Source: a virus
Lineage: Duplodnaviria > Caudoviricetes
Reading direction: 5' to 3' (one strand)
DNA: 37,045 bases
IMG/VR virus record: IMGVR_UViG_3300032285_002783
Location: 1 to 37,045 of that record
How positions within the stretch are numbered: the stretch's first letter is position 1; each line of letters begins with the position of its first letter. A program made the translations under genes and the position numbers. Positions 19,105 to 28,156 of this stretch are shown here, one piece after another. The notes beneath the pieces were generated by a model, which ran no database searches, had not been told where the DNA came from, and saw only the letters and a list, made by a program, of their open reading frames with translations.

Positions 19105-19320
19105 TCAAACATCAGGTTCTCCTATGCGTTTAATTGACAACCTCACTTTATCTTCTATTGCAAGAATGACTGACTCTGGCATGTCATCATCAATATTTGC
19201 TTCCTTGATACGATCTTCAATCCACCGCAGTGTTTCATGCATTTGATCTGCGTTGATTGCTAGGCGGGCTTTCATCTCATCTTCTGGGTAGTTAAACGAC
19301 ATTGTTAAGTGCATCTTCAT
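19105..19320 (-). CDS. Hypothetical protein
   Basis: 71-aa ORF with AAGGA RBS in a tightly packed operon. Confidence 0.55.
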   Translation of the reverse strand: MKMHLTMSFNYPEDEMKARLAINADQMHETLRWIEDRIKEANIDDDMPESVILAIEDKVRLSIKRIGEPDV

Positions 19321-19468
19321 TCCTTTTTCCTTTCTGTTTGAGCAACCATTTATCTCCCACCATCCGAATAGCTTTGACCCATTTGCGTTGGTTAGCTCTG
19401 TTCTCTTGGTAGGATAGGTAATCCACGTTATACAGTTCCCGTACCTTCTTCAGCATTGATATGTTCAT
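19292..19468 (-). CDS. Small conserved phage protein (NRANQRKWVKAIRMVGDKWLL)
   Basis: 58 aa by manual translation; AAGGA RBS; fills the operon gap. Confidence 0.55.
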   Translation of the reverse strand: MNISMLKKVRELYNVDYLSYQENRANQRKWVKAIRMVGDKWLLKQKGKRNEDALNNVV

Positions 19469-19676
19469 AATGATCCTTTAGCCTGTCCGGCATCTTTGAC
19501 CCTATCCAAAAGCCACGGTCGTTTACACTCATCCCCGCAGCCAGCATTTCGTCTTTGTTCATGCACCTTCTGTTTACACCATGCTTGCCAATCCTGTGCA
19601 TTTCAAAAGGTCTGTTACTGTTAAAGAGTTCCTTGCATATGGTGCATTGATTCTTGTCCCCTTTAAGTATTCTCAT
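19428..19676 (-). CDS. Phage FDxHR-type zinc-binding protein
   Basis: QCTICKELFNS..FEMHRIG...RRC. Confidence 0.6.
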   Translation of the reverse strand: MRILKGDKNQCTICKELFNSNRPFEMHRIGKHGVNRRCMNKDEMLAAGMSVNDRGFWIGSKMPDRLKDHYEHINAEEGTGTV

Positions 19677-19962
19677 TGGTCATCCTTAAGTGAATCAACT
19701 CTTCTTCAATAAGCTCTGCCACTGATTTACCTGATGGGAACCTCATCTGCGCTCCTTGGATATCATGGATCTTGTGGATACATGCGTTTACACCTTCATT
19801 GAACCCGGCACTAAAAGGATCTCCTTTGGCAAACTTAGAATGCAAAGATTCCCTAATGACATGAGCCATAGGTACTCTGCTCTTCTTAGCATAAGCCTTG
19901 AGCCTAATGATGTCCTTTTGTTCAAGGTAGGTCATGACTGGTTGATATTTAGAAAGACTCAT
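19663..19962 (-). CDS. Putative ribbon-helix-helix DNA-binding protein
   Basis: PVMTYL...RLKAYAKKSRVPMAHVIRESL. Confidence 0.5.
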   Translation of the reverse strand: MSLSKYQPVMTYLEQKDIIRLKAYAKKSRVPMAHVIRESLHSKFAKGDPFSAGFNEGVNACIHKIHDIQGAQMRFPSGKSVAELIEEELIHLRMTNENT

Positions 19963-20356
19963 TGTTTCCCCATTCATCGAACACTTTAATTAAATCATCA
20001 AACCGTTCTTGTGCCTTCTTATTACCATTAAGTTCTGAGCGAGATTCAATACGACAGTATCGACATACGGCATTAGCCGCACCGTCCTCACCCTCTTCAT
20101 TAGATAAATTTGTAGCTACAAGAAACGTTTGAAACGTAGAGTCTCGGCAGAGCATCCCCGCCTTTTGGACTCTATTGTTGTATGGAATGGCTGACTCATC
20201 GTCTGCAATACGTTGCATAGCCACTGCATATCTAGCCCCAACAAAGTCACGCAGAATCTCTTCTGGGACTTCATCGGGATGCATAGCAAGCGTTAAGATA
20301 AAACCTGTGCGGTCTTGCTTTAACGCTATCTTTCTAGCTTCAAACTGAAGAGCCAT
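19949..20356 (-). CDS. Conserved phage hypothetical protein
   Basis: 135 aa; C-terminal CRIESRSEL motif; coupled to the SSB-like gene. Confidence 0.6.
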   Translation of the reverse strand: MALQFEARKIALKQDRTGFILTLAMHPDEVPEEILRDFVGARYAVAMQRIADDESAIPYNNRVQKAGMLCRDSTFQTFLVATNLSNEEGEDGAANAVCRYCRIESRSELNGNKKAQERFDDLIKVFDEWGNNESF

Positions 20357-20664
20357 CAGAATGGATCTTCTTCGTCTTGTGATTGATGCTCTTGGCGAAT
20401 CGTTGTACCCTCTTCTTTAGGCACGTAACGGTTCACTCGTAGGGATAGGTAGGTCTTACCGTTTTTATCGGTCTTCTTCCACCCAGAGAGCTTGATCACG
20501 TGGTTGCCGTTCTCAATCTTAATGGCAGTCATGTCTTTCATGTTGACATGGATCTCACCCCAATAGTCTGCGGCGTTGGGATTGGTCTTTGCGGCTGATG
20601 CTTTGAACGTACCTGAGTCAGGCTTTTGAACGTAAGGGCCATCAAACTTCTTGTCGTTACTCAT
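20356..20664 (-). CDS. Putative single-stranded DNA-binding protein
   Basis: DYWGEI...LSGWKK...GKTYLSL plus acidic tail DEEDPF; next to the recombinase. Confidence 0.6.
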   Translation of the reverse strand: MSNDKKFDGPYVQKPDSGTFKASAAKTNPNAADYWGEIHVNMKDMTAIKIENGNHVIKLSGWKKTDKNGKTYLSLRVNRYVPKEEGTTIRQEHQSQDEEDPF

Positions 20665-21425
20665 ATGTTTTCCTTCTGTTGTTTAAACTTTAACTTTAAC
20701 TCTGTGAAATGATTCTTTACTTTTTCGTAAAGATCGGGATGCGAAACCTTCAAGGCATCTAGTTGAACTTGATTGCTCTTCCAGTAACCCTGTAGGTCAT
20801 TTGTGCTTTGAACGTGCCACGCTTTGTCAGCGTACTCGATCATTGCTTCTGCAAAGAGTTCTCTACTGGCATCGTCAGAGGGAACCCCATCAACAACCTT
20901 AGCTATTGCCTTGGTTATAATCTTCTCTACCTTCTCCTGCTGTTCTTGTTTAAACGCAACATCCGCAGCTTCTTCTGGTAAATCCTCACCCGCATAGATG
21001 TACAGACCCAAACCATGCAAAGCAATTGCCTTGGTCATGCACCTCATGATTGATGTATTGACTTGGAATGCATCAGGATTGGGAATAGGTTTATTCCTGT
21101 AATCCATGACTGGCAACATACAAGTACGTCCTTGGTCAAACATGGTGACGCTGACCCAGACCATGCCTGTGCCGTTGACATCCATGTATGGCTTGCCCTC
21201 AAAGTGATGCACCGTGAATGTGGCTTTAGGATCAGCCTTTAAGACCTCAGCCCATGCCCACGCCCAAGAGAGATAAGTTAAGTTATTCTTTTTCTCGGTA
21301 TGGTCATTGACATTAATCTTCAGCAGATCCAGTGGCGATTTGGGACTGGTACTGACTACACCACTCGGCAACTCCGCAGTAGTTTCCTGTGCATCTGATG
21401 GCTTCGCCTTTTCTAGTTTCGACAT
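20661..21425 (-). CDS. Sak/Rad52-like single-strand annealing protein (DUF1071)
   Basis: EKKNNLTYLSWAWAW...LPVMDYRNK...VNTSIMRCMTKAIALHGLGLYIYAGED; start uncertain. Confidence 0.8.
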   Translation of the reverse strand: MSKLEKAKPSDAQETTAELPSGVVSTSPKSPLDLLKINVNDHTEKKNNLTYLSWAWAWAEVLKADPKATFTVHHFEGKPYMDVNGTGMVWVSVTMFDQGRTCMLPVMDYRNKPIPNPDAFQVNTSIMRCMTKAIALHGLGLYIYAGEDLPEEAADVAFKQEQQEKVEKIITKAIAKVVDGVPSDDASRELFAEAMIEYADKAWHVQSTNDLQGYWKSNQVQLDALKVSHPDLYEKVKNHFTELKLKFKQQKENI

Positions 21426-22191
21426 ATCCTTTTTCCTTTTCTGCCAACTCTGTGGCTTCCTCAATTGTTTTAAATAACTTGATCGCAGTCTTGCGACCCT
21501 CCCTCTTGACGGCATAGACTGTTTCCCTCTGCCATCTTTCCTCATCGGAGCAGAGCGGTAGCTCTTCCCCAAAGTCTGCGGACACCCTTGCATCCCTGTG
21601 TATATCTAATCTGCCCCTGACGTACTTCTCGGTGGTCACTGCGTCCCAGATGGGGATGTCAATCATATGCACTGGAGCCTCGGGGTATCCCTCCTTTTTC
21701 TCATGCCTACTAAAGTCCCGTATAAAGGAACAGATCTGTAGCCCAACAACTTTACGTTTCTTTACCGTCTCGACCAACCATTTGTAGACATTTAACTGTT
21801 GCTCCCACTCGAGCTTGTCTTGCATAACCGCCCACGCAGATGTGAACTTGTAGTCAATGATCACAATCCCTTCAGGGGTTTCTTTCTGTAGATCGATCTG
21901 ACCTGATATGGTCATCTCGTCCATTGACGTAAAGAGCCTTTCCTCCATGATGTACCCATCGGTAACACCACGCTCCATAACCACGTGCAATGCACTCCCC
22001 AGTAACTGCCAAAGCATGTCCGATACGTCTTGGCTAACCTTCTCGTCATACTTCTCTCTAAGCCTTCTGATGCGAGGAGGAGACATCAACTCGGTTACGC
22101 TATACTGAGATGCGCCTTTTGAGTAATAATCTCTTGTCGCTAAAGTCATCAACGTTTCTGGAACGTTATGTTTGTTTGTTACTTTCATCAT
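21313..22191 (-). CDS. PD-(D/E)XK (Cas4/RecB-like) exonuclease
   Basis: GSALH...ISGQIDL...IIDYKFT...QLNVY; terminal C..YC...WC cluster. Confidence 0.8.
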   Translation of the reverse strand: MMKVTNKHNVPETLMTLATRDYYSKGASQYSVTELMSPPRIRRLREKYDEKVSQDVSDMLWQLLGSALHVVMERGVTDGYIMEERLFTSMDEMTISGQIDLQKETPEGIVIIDYKFTSAWAVMQDKLEWEQQLNVYKWLVETVKKRKVVGLQICSFIRDFSRHEKKEGYPEAPVHMIDIPIWDAVTTEKYVRGRLDIHRDARVSADFGEELPLCSDEERWQRETVYAVKREGRKTAIKLFKTIEEATELAEKEKGYVETRKGEAIRCTGNYCGVAEWCSQYQSQIATGSAED

Positions 22192-22210
22192 TCCCTTTCT
22201 AGGTTGTTAT

Positions 22211-22660
22211 ATGCATGATCACAATGATACTACTATTAATACAGAATTGCAATCAGTTTCATTATATATTTTAGGTGAGCCTGCAAGTAAAGCAAATTCT
22301 CGTAGGGTGGTGCGTTTTAACAACATGTCCAGACTAATTAAATCTGCCAAGGCATTGAGCTACAGCGAAGTGTTTAAACAACAATGCAAGCCGCTGGCTG
22401 TGCTGATGACTGGGGATTTAAAGATTACCATGACCATCTACTATGCGTCACGCAGACCAGACTTAGATGAGAGTCTTATATTGGATCTGATGCAAGGGCT
22501 GATATATGAGAACGACCGACAGGTCAAGGAGAGGCATACCTATTGGGGACTTGACAAAGAGAACCCAAGGGCAGAAATCATTATTGATCAGTTAGAAAAA
22601 AAAGAACCTCGGACTAAGCGAGGTTCAAATACTCAACCAAAGGAAAGGAAAAGCAACTAA
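22211..22660 (+). CDS. rusA: RusA-like Holliday junction resolvase
   Basis: GEPASKAN...RRPDLD...LDLMQGLIYENDRQV; start uncertain. Confidence 0.7.
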   Translation: MHDHNDTTINTELQSVSLYILGEPASKANSRRVVRFNNMSRLIKSAKALSYSEVFKQQCKPLAVLMTGDLKITMTIYYASRRPDLDESLILDLMQGLIYENDRQVKERHTYWGLDKENPRAEIIIDQLEKKEPRTKRGSNTQPKERKSN

Positions 22661-22935
22661 CGGGGTTAGTATAACAGACTATGGCAACCTGTAAATATTT
22701 GTGCTAACATTTATTTACCAAGAAGAATGGGGATTGCCTCCCGCCTAGATCAAGGCGAGATAGGGCAACAGATCTGTGTAATTCTAGACAAACCACAGAC
22801 TCATAACCTAGATACCAATCCCCATCCTTGTTGGTGTAAACGGGTTAGTGCCGTGGTCTGAAGATATTAAAGAGTGTTGTTCGACCGCCCTTGCTTTATA
22901 GGAGACACCAACAACCCTTCAGTTTACTCAGGTAC

Positions 22936-22964
22936 TTCACGTACCTATTTTTTTGTTATATACT
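22936..22964 (+). promoter_or_regulatory. Putative sigma70 promoter
   Basis: TTCACG-17 bp-TATACT just upstream of the c4-like element. Confidence 0.4.
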
Positions 22965-22994
22965 GCATTCACATTGCTGTCGGAGGCGATGGTG

Positions 22995-23088
22995 AAACCG
23001 TTTAGGGATGTGTTCTGCTTTATCTAATCCAATTGAGAGGTATTAGGTAAGGCTCCGACCAGAATACATCACCTAAGCGGTTTTTTTT
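22995..23088 (+). ncRNA. c4/seqB-like antisense RNA or terminator hairpin
   Basis: Long stem AAACCGTTTAGGGATGTGTTCTG/CAGAATACATCACCTAAGCGGTTT followed by a T-run; unpaired CTCCGAC (23053-23059) is complementary to GTCGGAG (22979-22985). Confidence 0.5.
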
Positions 23089-23354
23089 ATGGGTGAAAGG
23101 TTTTGTCTGGCGGCTCTAACGACATCGTAGCGGACAAGATACAAGCGTTACTAGTAGGGTAAGAGGATGTAACAACGCAATACAGGCGGCGAAGCCAGAA
23201 CCTGTTCCTCGAAAGTCTGGCGAGTCACGTGGCTCCAGAGAGCATGGTGTAAAGGGCTTAGGGTAGGGCTAAGTCCGTCCACCAAAGAGCATCCCCCTAA
23301 AGGGATGCGATGGAATACAGCAGAACAAAGGCACAGGTAGGGGTATCACTACCT

Positions 23355-23804
23355 ATGCAACAAATGAAAAAGATCTTTAGTCAAGAGTTACACAATCAAT
23401 TTGATGGCTACGGTAAGCGGTCGGTGAAAAAATATTTCATGTCCCGCTATGGTATCTATTTGCTTGAGAATGAAGACCGCTATGCGGTCGATATGATTGC
23501 ATACAAAGACGGCACAAAACTTGGTTATGTAGAGATAGAAGTTAGGGAATCTTGGAGTGCTGATTCATTCCCTTTTGATAGTCTTCACATCCCCGAGAGA
23601 AAGGGTAAGTTATTATGTAATGATTTAAAAACTGTGTTAGTGTCGGTTAATAAAATTGGTAGCCGAGCCTTCATTTGCAAGGCTGATATTATTCTAAACT
23701 CGCCAATGAAAGAGCGCAGAAACAAGTATGTTGAATCAGGTGAAAAGTTTTACTTGGTTGACCCATCTAAGATTCAGTTAGTTAACTTAAAGGAAGAGCA
23801 ATGA
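23355..23804 (+). CDS. Putative PD-(D/E)XK-fold protein
   Basis: YAVDMI...GYVEIEVR motif; start uncertain (23310/23355/23364). Confidence 0.5.
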   Translation: MQQMKKIFSQELHNQFDGYGKRSVKKYFMSRYGIYLLENEDRYAVDMIAYKDGTKLGYVEIEVRESWSADSFPFDSLHIPERKGKLLCNDLKTVLVSVNKIGSRAFICKADIILNSPMKERRNKYVESGEKFYLVDPSKIQLVNLKEEQ

Positions 23805-24040
23805 CTAGAAATTACAAACAAGAATACACAACTCAAAAATCAAGGGGTGAGCATGAAGACAGAATGGAGCGACAACGAGCCAGACGAAAGCTCGATGCCA
23901 AAGGAGTTTCAAGAGCGGGCAAAGACGTTGCCCACGTCAAAGCCCTGTCCAAGGGAGGCTCAAACAAAGACGGTGTTAGGTTGGAGCCACCGAGTGTTAA
24001 CAGGTCATTTAAGAGAAAAGCAGACGGATCAATGAAATGA
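23801..24040 (+). CDS. Small HNH-like protein
   Basis: RNYKQEY...GKDVAHVKALSKGGSN...NRS. Confidence 0.6.
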   Translation: MTRNYKQEYTTQKSRGEHEDRMERQRARRKLDAKGVSRAGKDVAHVKALSKGGSNKDGVRLEPPSVNRSFKRKADGSMK

Positions 24041-25704
24041 ACGCAGACTTTATCAGTCAATTCAATTTCCTAGATAGCACCAGAATAGCTTGCCCTGACT
24101 GTTCAACAGACAGGAAGAAAACAAACAATAAAGACATGAAGCTGACCCGTCAACCAGACGGGGCAATCCTCTATCATTGTCACCACTGCAACACCAATGG
24201 ATCAGTTCAACCCAAGGAGAGATACGTGTCAGCCGTACCTAACATAAAGATAACAGAAAACAAACTAACGACCCCTCATTATGAATGGCTAAAAACGAGG
24301 GGGATCACACAACAGACCGCAGATAAGATGAAACTGTTCGCAGCGGATAGATTCTTTGGTCGTTTAAACAAAACCAGCGCAGCCATCGGATTTCCTTATT
24401 ACAGGAACGGGGCTTTGGTGGCAGTCAAGTACCGAGCTTTCCCCGAGAAAGACTTCACACAAGAATCAGGCGGGGCGCATGATTTCTTTGGAATAGATTT
24501 GGTAGAGAAGGGTAAACCCTTAATCATTGTAGAAGGAGAGATCGACTGTCTGACCCTTATGGAGATGGGCATTGAGAACGTGGTATCTGTACCTAGCGGA
24601 GCGCCTATCAAGGTGGCTGATGGCAAGGTACTACCCATCGAAGATAAACGGTTTGCCTATGTATGGAACGCAAGGGACATCATTGATGAAGCACCGTATG
24701 TTATCTTAGCCACAGATCAGGACACTGCGGGACAGGCACTGGCAGAGGAACTCGCAAGACGTATAGGTAAAGAAAAATGTAGGCTGGCTAAGTTTGACAA
24801 GAAGGATTTAAACGAGGTCTATCTGGATGACCCTTTTAGGATTACCGATATCATAGATGGCGCAACGCCTTACCCCATCTCGGGGTTGTCAGAAGCAAAG
24901 ACCTACGAGGATCGTTTAAACGACCTATACGCAGCGGGAACGGGGAAAGGTTTTAGCACAGGCTATGGCTCTCTTGACCATGTTTACACCATTGCACCAG
25001 CACAACTCTCTGTCATCACAGGTTACCCTTCATCAGGTAAGTCCAACTTTGTGGATCAGTTGATGGTCAACCTCGCCCGAAAGGACGATTGGAAGTTTGC
25101 CATCTGTTCCTTTGAGAATCAGCCCGAGATCCACATCTCTAGACTCATGGAGATCTATACGTGTAAACGGTTCTTTGACGGAAAAAATAGAATGTCTCAG
25201 GATGAGAAAGACCAAGCGTTTAAATGGGTCAACGACCATTTCCTGTTCATCGATACCAATGGCGAAGAACCATCAACCCTAGACAGTATCCTTGAGCGGG
25301 CTAAGGTGGCGGTTAAAAGAATCGGGGTAAGGGGATTGGTCATCGACCCCTACAACTACATCGATATGCCTAGAGAATCGACCGAGACCGAGGCGATCTC
25401 TCACATGCTATCCAAGGTGCAGAGGTTCATCAAAGCTCATGATCTGCATTGTTGGTTCATTGCTCACCCCTCTAAGATTCAAAGGAGCGGGGTAGAACAA
25501 CCCCGCCCTGATGGCATGTCGATCTCAGGATCAATGGCATGGTGGGCTAAAACCGATTGCGGGGTGACGGTGCATAGGACAGACCACGCAGTAGAAATAG
25601 CCGTATGGAAGTGTAGGTACAGGTGGGTAGGAACTCAAGGTGAAACGACCCTTCTGTACAATAAGACATCAGGGACGTATTCCGAGAACTTGGATTCGTT
25701 CTAG
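24037..25704 (+). CDS. Primase-helicase (T7 gp4/Twinkle-like)
   Basis: Zn finger CPDC...CHHC; TOPRIM EGEID and DQDTAG; Walker A GYPSSGKS; VIDPYN; IAHPSK. Confidence 0.9.
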   Translation: MNADFISQFNFLDSTRIACPDCSTDRKKTNNKDMKLTRQPDGAILYHCHHCNTNGSVQPKERYVSAVPNIKITENKLTTPHYEWLKTRGITQQTADKMKLFAADRFFGRLNKTSAAIGFPYYRNGALVAVKYRAFPEKDFTQESGGAHDFFGIDLVEKGKPLIIVEGEIDCLTLMEMGIENVVSVPSGAPIKVADGKVLPIEDKRFAYVWNARDIIDEAPYVILATDQDTAGQALAEELARRIGKEKCRLAKFDKKDLNEVYLDDPFRITDIIDGATPYPISGLSEAKTYEDRLNDLYAAGTGKGFSTGYGSLDHVYTIAPAQLSVITGYPSSGKSNFVDQLMVNLARKDDWKFAICSFENQPEIHISRLMEIYTCKRFFDGKNRMSQDEKDQAFKWVNDHFLFIDTNGEEPSTLDSILERAKVAVKRIGVRGLVIDPYNYIDMPRESTETEAISHMLSKVQRFIKAHDLHCWFIAHPSKIQRSGVEQPRPDGMSISGSMAWWAKTDCGVTVHRTDHAVEIAVWKCRYRWVGTQGETTLLYNKTSGTYSENLDSF

Positions 25705-25705
25705 G

Positions 25706-25896
25706 GTTTAAACGGTGGCTCACGGGACGAGCTTCTGCTGGCTGCTGTTGTGTTTAAACGCACCACAGTTTCCAGCCAGAATGCCACGTTTAAACAATAT
25801 CCAGACAGCCCCTGCAACATGGAGTTAAAAATTGTTTAAACAAAAAATCTAAACCCGGAACTAAATCTCCGCCCGGGCTAGTAAAACTGTTTAAAC
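25706..25896. repeat. Cluster of five GTTTAAAC palindromes
   Basis: Sites at 25706, 25752, 25788, 25834, 25889 in the convergent intergenic region. Confidence 0.8.
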
Positions 25897-25926
25897 GTAG
25901 GTACATTCTGCGCCCACCCATAAATG

Positions 25927-25950
25927 AAAAAACCCCCTAAAGAGGGGGTT
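25927..25950 (-). terminator. Intrinsic terminator of the leftward early operon
   Basis: AACCCCC-TCTTTA-GGGGGTT followed by a T-run on the minus strand, just after the stop at 25954. Confidence 0.75.
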
Positions 25951-25953
25951 AAG

Positions 25954-26181
25954 TTATTTCCTAGCTTTATGTATGGCAGTGGATATGTTGTCAAATATCC
26001 CCTGATGCCTTGGTATTCGATCTGAACCCATCCTGTACAACCTCCATCTCCCATCGTACTTGATGTACTTCTCATGGGTCTTTAGGTATCTCTCATCGTC
26101 TATCAGGTCTATGATGTTGTCCAAGGCATATGTAGTCTTTAAGAACGTAGGGTCTCTGCACGTAATGGCTTTGACTCTCAA
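25954..26181 (-). CDS. Hypothetical protein
   Basis: ATGA-coupled; followed by a terminator. Confidence 0.55.
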   Translation of the reverse strand: MRVKAITCRDPTFLKTTYALDNIIDLIDDERYLKTHEKYIKYDGRWRLYRMGSDRIPRHQGIFDNISTAIHKARK

Positions 26182-26405
26182 TGCAGTTCCTTCTCATCAG
26201 GACGCTCGGTCATTGCCGTGTAGGTCAAGTAACAGGCTTTGAGAAACCCATCAGCATCGACCCCATCGTGCAGTGCAATATTAACTGCAAGCTTTAAGAG
26301 GACTGCAAAGTCCATCTCAGGCGGTGTATCGTGTTTCAGGCATACATCCGCAATGTCATTGCCAAGCGACTCCATTCGTTCTCTGATTTGATCTATTTCA
26401 CTCAT
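26178..26405 (-). CDS. Hypothetical protein
   Basis: ATGA-coupled; GGAGG RBS. Confidence 0.55.
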   Translation of the reverse strand: MSEIDQIRERMESLGNDIADVCLKHDTPPEMDFAVLLKLAVNIALHDGVDADGFLKACYLTYTAMTERPDEKELH

Positions 26406-26632
26406 ATACCCTCCACTTGTTTAACGATATCCATTGCATCGGGATTGTCCTTTGCAAGGGTCTTGATGATTTCATACATCTGCGGTGCATTGGCAATCAG
26501 CCTAGCGTTTTCTCTCTGCGCTTCGATTGTCAGGACTTTACTTGTGCAATCGGCAATCATGACATCACCGATTGAATTGTATTCCCACACTGTGTTCTTA
26601 TGGGGTGAACCAACCCACCACTGTTTAAACAT
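26402..26632 (-). CDS. Hypothetical protein (NARLIAxAP family)
   Basis: ENARLIANAPQM motif, common in phage small ORFs. Confidence 0.6.
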   Translation of the reverse strand: MFKQWWVGSPHKNTVWEYNSIGDVMIADCTSKVLTIEAQRENARLIANAPQMYEIIKTLAKDNPDAMDIVKQVEGI

Positions 26633-26713
26633 ATGCTCTCCAATACGCCATATCTAAAAACAAAACAACAAAAGCAATGACATACATCACCGTTAAGATC
26701 TTCTCTACTGGTC

Positions 26714-27052
26714 TCATAATTCATTGTTCCTTTCCTCGACCAATTCATTGATCCAATCATTCATGTATTCAGACTCGGGTGCATCGTTTCTCTCTTCTAT
26801 TGACCCGTCATTCCAATACAAGTTAACCGACCATCCAGTGACTTGCTTATTGGTCTTCATCATCAGTCGATGGTGCAAGGCATTGTCCCGCATGATGTGG
26901 TTGAATGCCCCCCGCTCATCGTCCTCGAGGTCATCGAGGTTCTCAGCCATGCTGATCAATGCATCATTGTAGGTTTCATAACCGTTGTCATTGCGATAGA
27001 CCCTGACGGTCTCAACCGCAGATGCATCTGTATGTATGTAAGGTGTTCCCAT
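26714..27052 (-). CDS. Hypothetical acidic protein
   Basis: GGGGGA RBS; coupled to the upstream stop. Confidence 0.55.
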   Translation of the reverse strand: MGTPYIHTDASAVETVRVYRNDNGYETYNDALISMAENLDDLEDDERGAFNHIMRDNALHHRLMMKTNKQVTGWSVNLYWNDGSIEERNDAPESEYMNDWINELVEERNNEL

Positions 27053-27265
27053 TATTCCCCCTGTACTTGGTTGATTGCGTTGTCGATAACGTCCCAGTTA
27101 ATCCCGATGTTTGCATCATGTGCGGAAACAATTAACTGCATGACCTTATACACTTGATGGTCACTTAAGTTAACCCCTTTGTTCTCGCATTGAATTAAAA
27201 CATCCTCTTCATGCCAATCAGATCTAATGACCCACTGACCGCTTTCACGTACAAGTGTTGCCATG
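27052..27265 (-). CDS. Hypothetical protein, paralog of 27946-28155
   Basis: HDANIGINWDVIDNAI C-terminus; start approximate (MATLVRES, GGGAG RBS). Confidence 0.55.
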
Positions 27266-27484
27266 TTAACGCTCCCAATATAAAAAAGATTCAAGATTTT
27301 CTTCTAGACCAAGCAAAGAACGAAAGTCAACCGTTGTACTAAACACCGTTTGATATTCATCAGGGTTTTTAGAAGTGTTAAGTTGACTCTCTAGCCTAAG
27401 CTCATACATATCTTTCATGCTCTCTAACTTTTGTACGTTTAAACGCAACTTATAGTTATCGGTTTGACTGAGTATGACTTTCAT
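27266..27484 (-). CDS. Hypothetical protein
   Basis: GGGGGA RBS before MKVILS. Confidence 0.5.
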   Translation of the reverse strand: MKVILSQTDNYKLRLNVQKLESMKDMYELRLESQLNTSKNPDEYQTVFSTTVDFRSLLGLEENLESFLYWER

Positions 27485-27565
27485 TATTTCCCCCTGATTA
27501 AAATGATTGCAATCAAGATGACTGCGAGTAAAAAACAAATGCGACTGACTGTTTCAAATTTCATA

Positions 27566-27739
27566 TCAATAATCCTCCTCGATTGGTTCATCAATGTCAG
27601 CTTGAGTGTAGTGACCCAAAACAACAGGGTTGTATTTTGAAAGCACCTCATCGATGCACTTGTCACAGACCCGAGCAAGTGGTATGCCCTGTCCATCATT
27701 CACCCACCAACTGTCCTCTTTTTTGTGATCGCATCTCAT
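27566..27739 (-). CDS. Small Cys-containing hypothetical protein
   Basis: GGAGG RBS before MRCDH; DGQGIPLARVCDKC. Confidence 0.5.
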   Translation of the reverse strand: MRCDHKKEDSWWVNDGQGIPLARVCDKCIDEVLSKYNPVVLGHYTQADIDEPIEEDY

Positions 27740-27936
27740 GATTGCACCTCCTCTACACTTGGGACTTTGCCTGTTAAGTTGAATAGACCCCATGCCTTGC
27801 AACAGTGGCACTCAGGCTCAAAGTCATCACACTGAACCCCCCAGTATTCAACCATGTTGGCGAGTGGCACTGCCATGCTCGGAACTCTACGTCTAATACC
27901 CCTGATTGCCATTGGATTGTTGTTGTCAATTACCAT
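27736..27936 (-). CDS. Hypothetical protein
   Basis: AAGGGGA RBS; WG.QCDDFEPECHCCKAW. Confidence 0.55.
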   Translation of the reverse strand: MVIDNNNPMAIRGIRRRVPSMAVPLANMVEYWGVQCDDFEPECHCCKAWGLFNLTGKVPSVEEVQS

Positions 27937-27945
27937 GATTCCCCC

Positions 27946-28155
27946 TTATGTTAATTGTTGAATTGCATTGTCTATAACGTCCCAATTGATGCCAATGTTT
28001 GCATCGTGACTCTTCATAATAAGCTTGAGGATTTCATAAGATTGATCGGGTGTTAACTCGATACCAAATGAATACTCCGCTTGATGTTTGATGTCAGCCT
28101 CAGTCCATCTCTCGACAATTTCCCACTCGCCTGTTTCGTTTTTAATTAACTTCAT
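27946..28155 (-). CDS. Hypothetical protein, paralog of 27052-27265
   Basis: GGGGAG RBS; HDANIGINWDVIDNAI. Confidence 0.6.
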   Translation of the reverse strand: MKLIKNETGEWEIVERWTEADIKHQAEYSFGIELTPDQSYEILKLIMKSHDANIGINWDVIDNAIQQLT

Positions 28156-28156
28156 G

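Noticed and set aside
18390-19137. Short ORFs on both strands over the array
   Set aside because: By-products of stop-poor pentamer repeats; the 5-nt period and RNA covariation argue for non-coding function
21313-22191. Cas4-like nuclease as part of the guide system
   Set aside because: It sits in an ordinary exonuclease-Sak-SSB recombination module; no evidence of linkage
22690-23310. tRNA genes
   Set aside because: No convincing cloverleaf with acceptor stem and T-arm
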